A stretch of DNA of 63,713 nt from Agathobacter sp. (GCA_963601025.1 CAVCDR010000034.1:1-63713), one strand, 5' to 3'; counted from the first letter of the stretch, positions 10,650 to 20,400 are shown. Made by a program: numbers and translations. Notes: a model not told the origin generated them from the letters alone.

Positions 10650-11345
10650 ATGAGACTTATCGGAAATGATTGGGATGATATATTAGGAAAAGAATTTGAA
10701 AAAGACTATTATCAAAAATTACGTTCTTTTTTAGACTCTGAATACCAAAATAATATCATCTATCCACCAAGTAAAGATATTTATAACGCCTTAAGGATTA
10801 CACCCTACAAAGATGTAAAAGTCTTAATACTTGGCCAAGACCCCTATCATGAAGAAAATCAAGCTCATGGATTATCCTTCTCTGTTAATAAAGGTGTACA
10901 AATACCACCATCATTAGTAAATATTTACAAAGAATTACATAACGATATAAATACTTATATTCCCGATAACGGTTGTTTAATAAAGTGGGCAAAACAAGGT
11001 GTCCTATTATTAAATACCGTCTTAACCGTGCAAGCTCATAGAGCTAATTCACATAAAGATAAGGGTTGGGAAATATTAACAGATGAAATTATAAAAAAGC
11101 TAAATAAAAAAGAAGAACCAATGGTCTTTATTCTATGGGGAAGAAATGCTAGAGATAAGAAAAAGTTTATTACTAATAATAGACATTTAATAATTGAATC
11201 AGCACATCCTTCACCTCTTAGTGCCTATAATGGTTTCTTTGGATCAAAGCCCTTTTCTAAAACGAATACTTTTTTAAGCAAAAATAATCAAAAGCCAATT
11301 GATTGGCAAATCGAAAATATAGGAGAAAAATATGTTAGTAAATAA
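10650..11345 (+). CDS. ung: Uracil-DNA glycosylase, family 1
   Basis: 231 aa with the GQDPYH water-activating loop and the HPSPLSA leucine loop. Confidence 0.9.
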   Translation: MRLIGNDWDDILGKEFEKDYYQKLRSFLDSEYQNNIIYPPSKDIYNALRITPYKDVKVLILGQDPYHEENQAHGLSFSVNKGVQIPPSLVNIYKELHNDINTYIPDNGCLIKWAKQGVLLLNTVLTVQAHRANSHKDKGWEILTDEIIKKLNKKEEPMVFILWGRNARDKKKFITNNRHLIIESAHPSPLSAYNGFFGSKPFSKTNTFLSKNNQKPIDWQIENIGEKYVSK

Positions 11346-11763
11346 TATGACGCTTAAGCAAATGCTTAGTTTTAAACCAAGTAGTGAAGACATGGCCATG
11401 CTTCCACTTGATGTAGTACTTTATATTAAAGTTCATGTCGTATCTTTATCAAAAGAAGAAAATTATGACTTTATTCGCTTCTTCTTTAATGATCCCGATA
11501 TAAAAGAATATATAAAAGATTTAAATAAGACAATTGTCTATGATTTTGATGGAACTAATACTAATCAAGAAAGATTCGTTTCAATATTGGAATTATATGG
11601 AACTAAAAACTTTACAGAAACTAGTGATTATTTAAAGGACTTATTAGAACTATATACTAACCAAGCTGAAACTTTAATCAACATCTATACGCATGATGAT
11701 AAAGCCTATTTATTATCTAATTTAGATGGCGTTGTAAAGCTTGAGGCGCTAAGCAATGAATAA
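11332..11763 (+). CDS. Hypothetical acidic protein, translationally coupled to ung
   Basis: ATG 11332 lies 5 nt after AGGAGA (11321-11326) and overlaps the ung stop by 14 nt. 143 aa; hand count 24 D/E versus 13 K/R. No family recognised. Confidence 0.6.
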   Translation: MLVNNMTLKQMLSFKPSSEDMAMLPLDVVLYIKVHVVSLSKEENYDFIRFFFNDPDIKEYIKDLNKTIVYDFDGTNTNQERFVSILELYGTKNFTETSDYLKDLLELYTNQAETLINIYTHDDKAYLLSNLDGVVKLEALSNE

Positions 11764-12940
11764 AGACTACAACAAAACCGTATATGCTTGTTTTATAGCC
11801 TATATAGTACAAGCTATTATCAATAACTTTGCCCCTTTATTGTTTTTAACTTTCTCAAATTCTTATAATATACCACTTACCCAAATTACTTTTTTAGTAA
11901 CCATCAATTTTTTAATTCAATTAAGTATTGATTTACTATCAGTCTTCTTTGTGGATAAGCTAGGCTATAAGAATTCAATGTTGATAGCACACTTTTTAGC
12001 TTTTCTAGGCCTAGTGTTTCTAGCAACACTTCCAAAAATCATGAATCCTTTTATAGGATTACTTATGGCAGTAGTACTATATGCGATAGGTGGAGGACTA
12101 ATCGAAGTTATTGTTAGTCCTATTATTGAAGCCTGCCCAAGTGAAAACAAGGAACAAGCCATGAGTCTTCTTCATTCTTTCTATTGTTGGGGACAAGTTG
12201 GTGTAGTCCTAATATCAACCATCTTCTTTTCGATATTCAACATTAAAAATTGGCCTATTTTAGCTATTATATGGTCAATTGTTCCATTAGCCAATATGTT
12301 CTTTTTTAAGAAAGTACCTGTACCAAATCTATTAGCTAAGGAAGAAAAAGGAATGAGCTTGAAAGAATTATTTAAGACCAATATCTTCTGGTTATTTATT
12401 ATTTTAATGGCACTTGCTGGAGCGTGTGAACAATCTATTAGCCAATGGGCATCGGTGTTTGCTGAAAGTGGCTTAAATGTTTCAAAGACAACCGGTGATT
12501 TACTAGGCCCAATGTTTTTTGCGATAATGATGGGAACAAGTAGATTAATATATGGCAAATTTGGTGATAAATTGCCACTTAAAAAATCCATGATTTTAAC
12601 TAGTATCTTATGTTTAATAGCCTATTTAATACTAGCGTTTAATAGTAATGCTGTATTTGGTTTATTAGCCTTAGGCTTAGCGGGTTTCTCTGTTGGACTA
12701 TTATGGCCTGGAACCTTCTCTTTAGCTAGTGCAGCCCTTCCAAAAGGAGGTACCGCTTTATTTGCTTTACTTGCATTAGGTGGCGACTTAGGATGTAGTG
12801 GCGGCCCAACTTATGTTGGCTTATTTTCAGGTCTATCGATTAATAATGGTATAAGACATGCCATTATTTTCCCTATTATTTTAATTATTTGTTTATTAAT
12901 ATTTGTAAGTTATGACGAAAAAAAGAAAAAGAAAGCTTAA
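11756..12940 (+). CDS. MFS transporter
   Basis: 394 aa with about 12 hydrophobic spans. The start overlaps the preceding stop (ATGAATAA). Confidence 0.75.
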   Translation: MNKDYNKTVYACFIAYIVQAIINNFAPLLFLTFSNSYNIPLTQITFLVTINFLIQLSIDLLSVFFVDKLGYKNSMLIAHFLAFLGLVFLATLPKIMNPFIGLLMAVVLYAIGGGLIEVIVSPIIEACPSENKEQAMSLLHSFYCWGQVGVVLISTIFFSIFNIKNWPILAIIWSIVPLANMFFFKKVPVPNLLAKEEKGMSLKELFKTNIFWLFIILMALAGACEQSISQWASVFAESGLNVSKTTGDLLGPMFFAIMMGTSRLIYGKFGDKLPLKKSMILTSILCLIAYLILAFNSNAVFGLLALGLAGFSVGLLWPGTFSLASAALPKGGTALFALLALGGDLGCSGGPTYVGLFSGLSINNGIRHAIIFPIILIICLLIFVSYDEKKKKKA

Positions 12941-13718
12941 TGTAAAGAATTTAATTATTCTAATATCTATTATTTTAATTATTATTGGTTTAATTATTTT
13001 TTTAATCTTTAAATTAAATAAGCAAGAGGAAGAAGAGGCAGTAATTAAAGGCCCCTATGATTTAGAAAAGTTTGATATGAGTAAAGAATACTATAGCTAT
13101 GAAGATGAAAAATATACAAGCGCAGTAGGTATTGATATTTCGGAGCACAATGATGAAATTGACTTTGAAGCCGTTAAAGAAAGTGGAATTGATTTTACCT
13201 TTATTAGAATCGGCTGGCGAGGCTATAGCGAAGGAAAGATATATGTTGATAAACGCTTTGAAGAATATTATACAGGTGCTAAGCAAGCCGGCTTAAAAGT
13301 AGGTGTCTATTTCTTCTCTCAAGCTATTAATCAAGATGAAACCAAAGAAGAAGCGGACTTTGTTTTAGAAACATTAAATGGAAGAACTTTAGATTTGCCT
13401 GTTGTCTATGATTTTGAAACAATAGATTATGATGAAGCTAGAACCGATAATCTAACCAAGGAACAAGTTACTAGTAACGCTGTCACTTTCTTAAAAACGG
13501 TTTCTACAAAATATGACGCCATGCTTTATGCCAATTTAAATTTACTAGAAAACAAATATGAAGAAACAATCTTAAATACTTTTCCTTTATGGTATGCCCA
13601 ATATTATAAAGAACCAGAAACCTTAAATGATTTTAAGATTTGGCAATATAGTGAAACCGGTAGTGTAGATGGCATTGATGGTGAAGCTGATTTAAACATT
13701 ATGTTTATTAATCGATAA
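12912..13718 (+). CDS. Membrane-anchored GH25 muramidase (lysozyme)
   Basis: N-terminal KKRKRK plus one TM span, then the GH25 signature GIDISEHNDEIDFEAVKESGIDFTFIRIG...AGLKVGVYFF. Confidence 0.8.
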   Translation: MTKKRKRKLNVKNLIILISIILIIIGLIIFLIFKLNKQEEEEAVIKGPYDLEKFDMSKEYYSYEDEKYTSAVGIDISEHNDEIDFEAVKESGIDFTFIRIGWRGYSEGKIYVDKRFEEYYTGAKQAGLKVGVYFFSQAINQDETKEEADFVLETLNGRTLDLPVVYDFETIDYDEARTDNLTKEQVTSNAVTFLKTVSTKYDAMLYANLNLLENKYEETILNTFPLWYAQYYKEPETLNDFKIWQYSETGSVDGIDGEADLNIMFINR

Positions 13719-14877
13719 AACCATGTTCAATCTTCATACTAATATTTAGATTAGGGGCAATATCCCTAATCTTTTTATTTATTTCTTTACGAATTAAGGC
13801 GTGGTCGCTGCTATCGCTTACAGGAACCAATAAATCAAATACTAAATTAGTATGTGTAGGCCCTTTAACTATTCTAAAATCATGAATGCTATAATCTTTA
13901 TTAATGTCTTTAACACACTTTAAGACCATTTCCCTATAAGTATTTAAAACAGGGTCATTTAATGTCAAAGGATCCATATGAATAGTAGTAACAATAGCGT
14001 ATTTGCCTAATATATAATTTTCAATATTATCAACAATATCATGTAGATAAACAATATCCTTGCTTGCATCTACTTCCGCATGGAAAGTAAGAAAACGGCT
14101 TCCTGGACCATAATCATGGAAAATCATATCATGAATACCTAATATTTCTTTATTAGATAAAACATAGTCTTCAATCTCTTTAATCAGCGCTTTATCAGGA
14201 GATTTACCAATAATAGTACTTATCATTTCAATAGCAATTTTCACACCAGAATAAATAACTATAACATTTACAATAATACCAATATAGGCATCGATATTTA
14301 AATTAAACAATTTATATACAATTAAAGAAACAAGTGTACTAAAAGTTAATATAACATCATTGAAACTATCTTGGCTGGCCGCAAGAAGCGTATCAGAATC
14401 AATTAGATTGCCTGCTTTCTTATTTACAAAACCCATTAATAGTTTAATAGCGATAGAAATAATAATTACCACAATAGCTAAATAACTAAATGTAATTGAC
14501 TCTTTATTAAAGATAGACTTTATAGAATCAATAAGTGAAGAAAATCCCATGCTGATAATCAAGATACTAATTATCAAACCAGCTACATATTCTATTCTTC
14601 CATGTCCATATGGGTGTTCACTATCTGCATGCTTACTAGCTAATTTAAAGCCACACATTGAGGCAATATTACTTCCCATATCCGATAAGTTATTTAAGCC
14701 ATCAGCTCTAATAGCTAAACTTCCAGTAACAAGCGAAATTAGTAATTTAATAACTACTAAAATAAGATTACATACAATTGAAAAAGTAGACATAACAACG
14801 CCATATTTTTCTCTTACTCGTACATCCTTTGTATTTTTATAATCTTTGATAAATAACTTTTGCAATAATTTAAACAT
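13708..14877 (-). CDS. Cation diffusion facilitator family transporter
   Basis: 389 aa. SLAIRADGLNNLSD and HPYGHGRIEY motifs, with 6 TM spans plus a cytoplasmic domain. Confidence 0.8.
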   Translation of the reverse strand: MFKLLQKLFIKDYKNTKDVRVREKYGVVMSTFSIVCNLILVVIKLLISLVTGSLAIRADGLNNLSDMGSNIASMCGFKLASKHADSEHPYGHGRIEYVAGLIISILIISMGFSSLIDSIKSIFNKESITFSYLAIVVIIISIAIKLLMGFVNKKAGNLIDSDTLLAASQDSFNDVILTFSTLVSLIVYKLFNLNIDAYIGIIVNVIVIYSGVKIAIEMISTIIGKSPDKALIKEIEDYVLSNKEILGIHDMIFHDYGPGSRFLTFHAEVDASKDIVYLHDIVDNIENYILGKYAIVTTIHMDPLTLNDPVLNTYREMVLKCVKDINKDYSIHDFRIVKGPTHTNLVFDLLVPVSDSSDHALIRKEINKKIRDIAPNLNISMKIEHGFID

Positions 14878-14914
14878 ATCTAATCAAAATAAAAGTTTGC
14901 ATATGCAAACTCTA

Positions 14915-15541
14915 TTATTCTTCTTCTTTATATTTAATGACTAAGTGACGTTTATTTCCTTCGCCTATCGAAACTGTTTCAACACCCTTAAAGTCTTGAA
15001 GATATTGGTGAATTACTTTTCGCTCATCACTAGGCATTGGATCAAGCTCTGCATCAACATGGCTCTTTACTACTTCTTTAGCCACTCTATTAGCGATACC
15101 CTTTACTTTTCTATAACGATCTTCTTTATAGTGATTTACATCAACAATTAAATTAATTCTCTTTTTAAATGTTGCGTTAACAGCAGCCTTTAGAACATTA
15201 GAAATAGCTCTTAAAGTTTGGCCATTCTTGCCAATAATAATAGCGTTGTTTTCAGCATCTAATACAACACGATATAAATTTGTTTCATCTTTTTGTTTTT
15301 CGATAATAATTTCAATCGCAACACCTTGATTTAATTCCGTAAAATAAGTGCCTAAATAATCAAAAATGAATTCTTTTATATCACTTGGTGTATAAGCGCT
15401 AACTGTTACACTATTACCAATTCCAAGTAGATGCTTCTTTTCTTCAACTACTTCATAATTTATTTCACTAACATCACAACCCTTTTCACTTGCGATACTA
15501 GCTAATACATCCTCTAATGTTTTACCTGTGTATTGTTTCAT
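14915..15541 (-). CDS. khpB: RNA-binding protein KhpB/Jag (Jag_N-KH-R3H)
   Basis: 208 aa. Conserved position downstream of yidC, with a C-terminal R3H-like region. Confidence 0.8.
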   Translation of the reverse strand: MKQYTGKTLEDVLASIASEKGCDVSEINYEVVEEKKHLLGIGNSVTVSAYTPSDIKEFIFDYLGTYFTELNQGVAIEIIIEKQKDETNLYRVVLDAENNAIIIGKNGQTLRAISNVLKAAVNATFKKRINLIVDVNHYKEDRYRKVKGIANRVAKEVVKSHVDAELDPMPSDERKVIHQYLQDFKGVETVSIGEGNKRHLVIKYKEEE

Positions 15542-15549
15542 ATCCTCTC

Positions 15550-16392
15550 CTATTTATCTTCCTTATGTGATAGTTTATCAATAACAATTGTCTTAGCAAT
15601 ATTAATTACTGAATAAATTAGATAATAAAGTGACAAAGCTGTAGGCCAAGATAACATGATTACAGCAATGAAAGCCACCATACCATAAGTTGTTAGAGCC
15701 ATTGTATCAGCAGGCTTCTCATAGTGTTTATGTCTTTTTTCAGCCTCTTTTTTAGCTCTTGCGTTAGATAGCCAACGCGTAATACCAACAGAAATAAATT
15801 GGAAAACAATCATTAAGACATAGATTACAAGAAGTAACCATGCTTTTTCAGTTATAGCTGCTCTAGGTGTTAAATCAAGAGAATAGCCAAGTAATGTACC
15901 ATTCGCAACAGCTGCACTTCTTCTTACAGCTGCATACATACAAATTAAAACCGGGAATTGAATAAATGCTGTAAGCATAGAACTCATCGGATTGATGCCA
16001 TACTTCTTATATAAAGCATTCATTTCCATAGCCATACGTTGTTGGCTAGCTGTATCTGTTCTACCCTCATACTTAAGTTGAATCTTTTGTACTTCAGGTT
16101 GAATCTCAGTCATCTTTTGCATAGCCACATTTGACTTAAAAGTTAAGGCAATAATGATAACGTTTAAAGCTAAAGTAACAAGTGAAATACCCCAGAAAAC
16201 GCCAAGCTTACCACTTAAATAGTTGATTGCTTGAGCTAATGGGTAAGTAAAAATAACTGTAAATATACCATCTTTAGTAACATCACTGACTGGTGTAGTT
16301 AATTCAATTAACTCTGAGCTATTACTACATCCACTAAGAAACAATAATAAAAATAAAGATGTAAGTAATAAAATAGATCTTTTTTTATTCAT
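15550..16392 (-). CDS. yidC: Membrane protein insertase YidC (lipoprotein type)
   Basis: 280 aa with lipobox LLFLSGC, a polytopic body and a basic C-terminal tail. rnpA-yidC-jag synteny. Confidence 0.85.
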   Translation of the reverse strand: MNKKRSILLLTSLFLLLFLSGCSNSSELIELTTPVSDVTKDGIFTVIFTYPLAQAINYLSGKLGVFWGISLVTLALNVIIIALTFKSNVAMQKMTEIQPEVQKIQLKYEGRTDTASQQRMAMEMNALYKKYGINPMSSMLTAFIQFPVLICMYAAVRRSAAVANGTLLGYSLDLTPRAAITEKAWLLLVIYVLMIVFQFISVGITRWLSNARAKKEAEKRHKHYEKPADTMALTTYGMVAFIAVIMLSWPTALSLYYLIYSVINIAKTIVIDKLSHKEDK

Positions 16393-16397
16393 ATAAA

Positions 16398-16748
16398 CTA
16401 GTCTCCTTGACCATACCGTTTTATTATAGCTTTTTTAATAAGCTTTTCCAAATCATTTTGATTATCCAAAAAACTATTATCTAAATATGCCTTACGGCAA
16501 ATAATAATCAAATCCAATTTTGTATTATCAAAATCATAAAAGTTTGCCAACATCATTCTAATCTGTCTTTTTATCTTGTTACGAACAACTGCATTGCCAA
16601 GTTTTTTAGAAACCGAAATACCAACTCTACTATGTTCTTCTTTGTTATCAAAATAATAAAGAATAAAGCTATTACTAGCTAAACTCTTCTTTTTAGAAAT
16701 TATTGTTGAAAACTCTTCATTTCTTTTTACACGATATTTTTTAATCAT
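16398..16748 (-). CDS. rnpA: Ribonuclease P protein component
   Basis: 116-aa basic protein with the KLGNAVVRNKIKR RNR-type motif, immediately downstream of rpmH. Confidence 0.9.
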   Translation of the reverse strand: MIKKYRVKRNEEFSTIISKKKSLASNSFILYYFDNKEEHSRVGISVSKKLGNAVVRNKIKRQIRMMLANFYDFDNTKLDLIIICRKAYLDNSFLDNQNDLEKLIKKAIIKRYGQGD

Positions 16749-16754
16749 AATATT

Positions 16755-16779
16755 AAAAAAGCCACTTTATTGTGGCTTT
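16755..16779 (-). terminator. Hairpin plus T-run between rpmH and rnpA (probably a partial terminator)
   Basis: Minus strand reads AAAGCCAC-AATAAA-GTGGCTTT followed by TTT. Confidence 0.4.
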
Positions 16780-16782
16780 ACA

Positions 16783-16917
16783 TTAAGCAGATAATACCTT
16801 TCTACCTTTAGCGCGACGTCTAGCGATAACTTTACGACCACCAACTGTCTTCATACGAGCTCTAAAGCCACAAGTATTTTGGTGCTTTCTCTTACTTGGC
16901 TGATAAGTTCTTTTCAT
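16783..16917 (-). CDS. rpmH: 50S ribosomal protein L34
   Basis: Manual translation gives [44 protein letters not shown] (44 aa). It falls below the ORF-track size cutoff. Confidence 0.9.
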   Translation of the reverse strand: MKRTYQPSKRKHQNTCGFRARMKTVGGRKVIARRRAKGRKVLSA

Positions 16918-16956
16918 ACATTAGCCACCTTTCCATAACCGAATTACTCCACTATT

Positions 16957-18525
16957 TTACTTTTTATCATCTTCTTTGTCAATGATATCAGCAATATTAG
17001 TCTCGCCGCCCAATGACTTGTTAATCATTTTAGCAATTATATAGCTAGAAGAACCAAGTTGTATTGAAACGCCATCTCTTGTTTCACTAGCCTTACATAA
17101 ACTTAAGGAAGACAATTCTTCAAAATCAATGCTTTCATTATCATATAAAGTAAAGTTAACTCTATATAGGCCACTTCCTACTTCTTGGATATTACTGTAA
17201 CCGCCAATAGCCTTAACAATTTCTTCAACAAACTTCTTATCTTTTTCTTGGCTAATTACATTGAAAGTCAAATGTCTAAAATATAAGTTTGTAATAAGGA
17301 AACAAATAGCCCCAAAGATTAAACCCACAATCGCAATTTGTACTATCGTATCATAATGCATTACGCTACGAATATTAATAATAAAATCAGGGAAACTGCC
17401 AGGCATGCCCGTTATAGTATCACTTGCGGAAATGCTAGATCCTAAATATATGCCTTGTTTTGTAAGCAAAGCAAACAAACTTCCTTCTAAAAGTACAAAG
17501 ACAAACAATAATACAGGACAAGTAAACAACATCCATAATTCCAACGGAAGTGGATTACCACATATTATTGATAAAATAATCAAACCAACAAAAGGAAAGA
17601 TTATAGTTCTTTTTTCTTTTTTATCACTAATTGAACGATAAATTCCAACATATACGCAAGGTGCCATAAACATATTAATGACATAATATGGCGTAATAAA
17701 TCTGCCACAACCAAGATATGTTGTAACACTATCCTTAACATACTTCCAAATATTGACATCACCCACAATAGCTTGGCCAGTTAGTGTTTGATATGAACCA
17801 CCTAAAGCTGTATTCCAAAATGGGCTTCTAATAAAGTTGCCTAAACCCAAGATTGAAAGAACTCTATCTAAAATGCCATAGATAAATAGTCTAGATGGAT
17901 CATTTAAATCTTTAGAAATATAAGTTATTGTACTACTCAAAAAATTATAAACTATCGGAAATAGATAGGATGCCAAAATACCCGCAAGACTGCATAGTAC
18001 CGTATTATAAATCATAGCCGCCAAGTCCTTATGCAAGAAACCTAATAAGCTATGTGATGTTCTATGTCTACTTCTAATAAAAGAAAATCTAGTTATATAA
18101 GCTACAATAAATGATCCAATAAGGCCTGTTTCAAGCGGATATTTAGTTAATGAATTAAGATTTACCAAGGTATTAATACCCGAATAAGTAACATAGGCAT
18201 AAGATGATAAATTCTGTGGCGCAAAAATTAAAGTTGTAATCAAGAAAGTAAAATATCCCATCATTGCCAAGGCAATTGGAATGCCACTATTAGCCTTCTT
18301 GCATACCGCATAAAGCATAAAAATCAAAGGGAAGTTTACTACTAACGCCTTGCCTAATAATAAACAGCCATTTGAAAACATTAATAAAAATGAATTGGTG
18401 AAAGTATAGAAAATATTTACGTTTTCATTTTGAATTAAAAAACCGAAAGCAATTAAAAGAAAACCAAAATAAACAATCCTAAGAGGCATCTTATAGTTTT
18501 CGTACAAATACATAATTTTCTTCAT
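16957..18525 (-). CDS. Divergent PTS EIICB(Glc-family)-like membrane protein lacking the catalytic signatures
   Basis: 522 aa. The polytopic EIIC-like body is followed by an EIIB-like tail IGGYSNIQEVGSGLYRVNFTLYD, where the phospho-Cys of CxTRLR is replaced. The GITE-equivalent reads GNPLPLE. Confidence 0.55.
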   Translation of the reverse strand: MKKIMYLYENYKMPLRIVYFGFLLIAFGFLIQNENVNIFYTFTNSFLLMFSNGCLLLGKALVVNFPLIFMLYAVCKKANSGIPIALAMMGYFTFLITTLIFAPQNLSSYAYVTYSGINTLVNLNSLTKYPLETGLIGSFIVAYITRFSFIRSRHRTSHSLLGFLHKDLAAMIYNTVLCSLAGILASYLFPIVYNFLSSTITYISKDLNDPSRLFIYGILDRVLSILGLGNFIRSPFWNTALGGSYQTLTGQAIVGDVNIWKYVKDSVTTYLGCGRFITPYYVINMFMAPCVYVGIYRSISDKKEKRTIIFPFVGLIILSIICGNPLPLELWMLFTCPVLLFVFVLLEGSLFALLTKQGIYLGSSISASDTITGMPGSFPDFIINIRSVMHYDTIVQIAIVGLIFGAICFLITNLYFRHLTFNVISQEKDKKFVEEIVKAIGGYSNIQEVGSGLYRVNFTLYDNESIDFEELSSLSLCKASETRDGVSIQLGSSSYIIAKMINKSLGGETNIADIIDKEDDKK

Positions 18526-18568
18526 AAGAATAATTTTACTACATTATAATTGAATTAAGGAGGACGAC

Positions 18569-19096
18569 ATGAAAGTTGGAATTATTTGTGCTAATGGGCT
18601 AGAAGAATGCGAAGCTCTATTAGTTTACGATTTATTATATCGTGCAGGGCTTGAAACAAAGCTAATTGGACTAGAAGAATATATTACTTCTTCACATAAT
18701 GTTACATTCAAAACAGATTTAACAATCAAAGACTTTAATTATCAAGATTATGATTGTGTAATTTTGCCAGGAGGATTGCCTGGAACTACAAACTTAGAAA
18801 ACAGTAAAGAAGTTTCAAATGTAATTGACTATTTTATGGAAAACAATAAATTGCTATGTGCAATATGTGCTGCACCATCAATTCTTAATCATAAAGGTTT
18901 ACTTAAAGAAGAACGTTTTGCCTGCTACCCAGGTTTTGAATGTGGCCTAAAACAAAATGGTGCTAAAGCTGTTAGAGAAGGAAGCATCATTACCGCCAAA
19001 GGACTTGGTGCCGAATTTGAGTTTGCCTATGAAATTATTAAGGCTCTATTAAGTGAAGAAAAGGCAAAAGAAGTATTGGATAAAATACAATATTAG
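18569..19096 (+). CDS. DJ-1/PfpI family protein
   Basis: 175 aa with the nucleophile-elbow motif AICAAPS. Confidence 0.8.
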   Translation: MKVGIICANGLEECEALLVYDLLYRAGLETKLIGLEEYITSSHNVTFKTDLTIKDFNYQDYDCVILPGGLPGTTNLENSKEVSNVIDYFMENNKLLCAICAAPSILNHKGLLKEERFACYPGFECGLKQNGAKAVREGSIITAKGLGAEFEFAYEIIKALLSEEKAKEVLDKIQY

Positions 19097-19103
19097 AGGT
19101 TAT

Positions 19104-20261
19104 ATGGAAGCTAAAGAATTTACTAAAAAATATTATGTCAAAAGAATAAATACTAACTGTAGCAAATGGGATAACAAAGATGCCGAAGGAAAACTGCCTA
19201 TGTGGGTAGCAGATGCTGATTTTAAGGCTCCAAAAGAAGTTGTTGAAGCTTTAAAAAAGCGTATCGCTCATGGAGCATATGGCTACTCTTTTTTACCAGA
19301 AGACTACTTTGATGAAATGATAGCTTGGAATAAAAAGATATCCAATGTCACTTATAAAAAAGAATGGATTAGATTTTCTAAGGGTGCTATAGATGGTTTA
19401 ACACATATAATATGCGCTTTAACTAAAGAAAACGACGCTATTTTAATGACTACACCTATCTATCATCATTTCTTTCATACTATAAGTTCAACAAAAAGAA
19501 AATTTGTTAATTCTGATTTAATTAGAATAAAAGATTCTTTTGAAATGGACTATAAAGATATTGAAGAAAAGATTGTTAAAAACAAAGTTAAACTAATGAT
19601 TCTATGTTCACCATCAAACCCTGTAGGTAAAGTATGGAGTAAAAAAGAATTAAAACAATTATTTGAAATTACACACAAACATAATGTTATTGTTGTATCC
19701 GATGAAGTACATAGTGAACTTATTATGCCTGGTAATAAATTTATACCAAGCTTAACTTTAAAGGAATATCAAGATGATATTATTACGCTAAATGCTGAAA
19801 GTAAGACTTTCTCTTTGGCAATGTTTGCACATAGCCATATCATTTGTCCAAATAAAGAATATCGCGATAAAATTGATGCCTATCAAGAATATCATGATAT
19901 TAAGAAACCAAATAGTTTTAATGGCCTTGCGACATATTATTGTTATAAGTATGGCGAAGAATGGTTAAATGGCTTTATCAATACCATCTATGAAAATTAT
20001 TTATATCTAAAAGAACATTTAAGTAAATATGGTGATGTTATTAAACTTGAAGGATCATATCTAGCCTATGTTGATTTCTCTAAGAGCATTAAAGATGATA
20101 CTTCAGCATATGAATTATTAAAAGATAAATGCAATATCATAGTAAGTTCTGGTGAACAATTTAAACCAGGATACGAAAAATGGGCTCGTATCAATCTTGC
20201 AACTTCTCTTTCAAATGTAAAAGAAGCGTGCAAAAGAATTGAAAAAGTCCTTGGTAAATAA
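19104..20261 (+). CDS. PLP-dependent C-S lyase / aminotransferase (MalY/PatB family)
   Basis: Motifs CSKWD, SPSNPVGKVW, SDEVHSEL and the PLP-Lys region AESKTFSLA. Start moved to ATG 19104 (MEAKEF) behind a GAGG SD; the track start at 19053 lies inside the preceding gene. Confidence 0.8.
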   Translation: MEAKEFTKKYYVKRINTNCSKWDNKDAEGKLPMWVADADFKAPKEVVEALKKRIAHGAYGYSFLPEDYFDEMIAWNKKISNVTYKKEWIRFSKGAIDGLTHIICALTKENDAILMTTPIYHHFFHTISSTKRKFVNSDLIRIKDSFEMDYKDIEEKIVKNKVKLMILCSPSNPVGKVWSKKELKQLFEITHKHNVIVVSDEVHSELIMPGNKFIPSLTLKEYQDDIITLNAESKTFSLAMFAHSHIICPNKEYRDKIDAYQEYHDIKKPNSFNGLATYYCYKYGEEWLNGFINTIYENYLYLKEHLSKYGDVIKLEGSYLAYVDFSKSIKDDTSAYELLKDKCNIIVSSGEQFKPGYEKWARINLATSLSNVKEACKRIEKVLGK

Positions 20262-20277
20262 TTATAATATTTCTTAG

Positions 20278-20366
20278 GCAGTGGTATCGAAGTGGTTATA
20301 ACGAGCCGCACTCGAAATGCGGTTGTCTTAACAGGCACGTGGGTTCGAATCCCACCCACTGCGCCA
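20278..20366 (+). tRNA. tRNA-Ser(CGA), class II, CCA encoded
   Basis: Acceptor GCAGTGG/CCACTGC. Anticodon stem CCGCA/TGCGG with loop CTCGAAA. 4-bp variable-arm hairpin GTCT-TAAC-AGGC. T arm GTGGG-TTCGAAT-CCCAC. Discriminator G followed by CCA. Confidence 0.85.
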
Positions 20367-20377
20367 AGAAATAAAAG

Positions 20378-20399
20378 AAAAAGGTCATATGACCTTTTT
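20378..20399. terminator. Bidirectional intrinsic terminator (tRNA-Ser / nagB)
   Basis: Perfect palindrome AAAAAGGTCAT|ATGACCTTTTT flanked by A- and T-runs. Confidence 0.7.
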
Positions 20400-20400
20400 A

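Noticed and set aside
16918-16956. oriC / DnaA-box cluster next to rpmH
   Set aside because: The spacers flanking rpmH and the PTS-like gene are about 40 nt and contain no TTATCCACA-type boxes. The only such words in the window are single copies inside CDSs.
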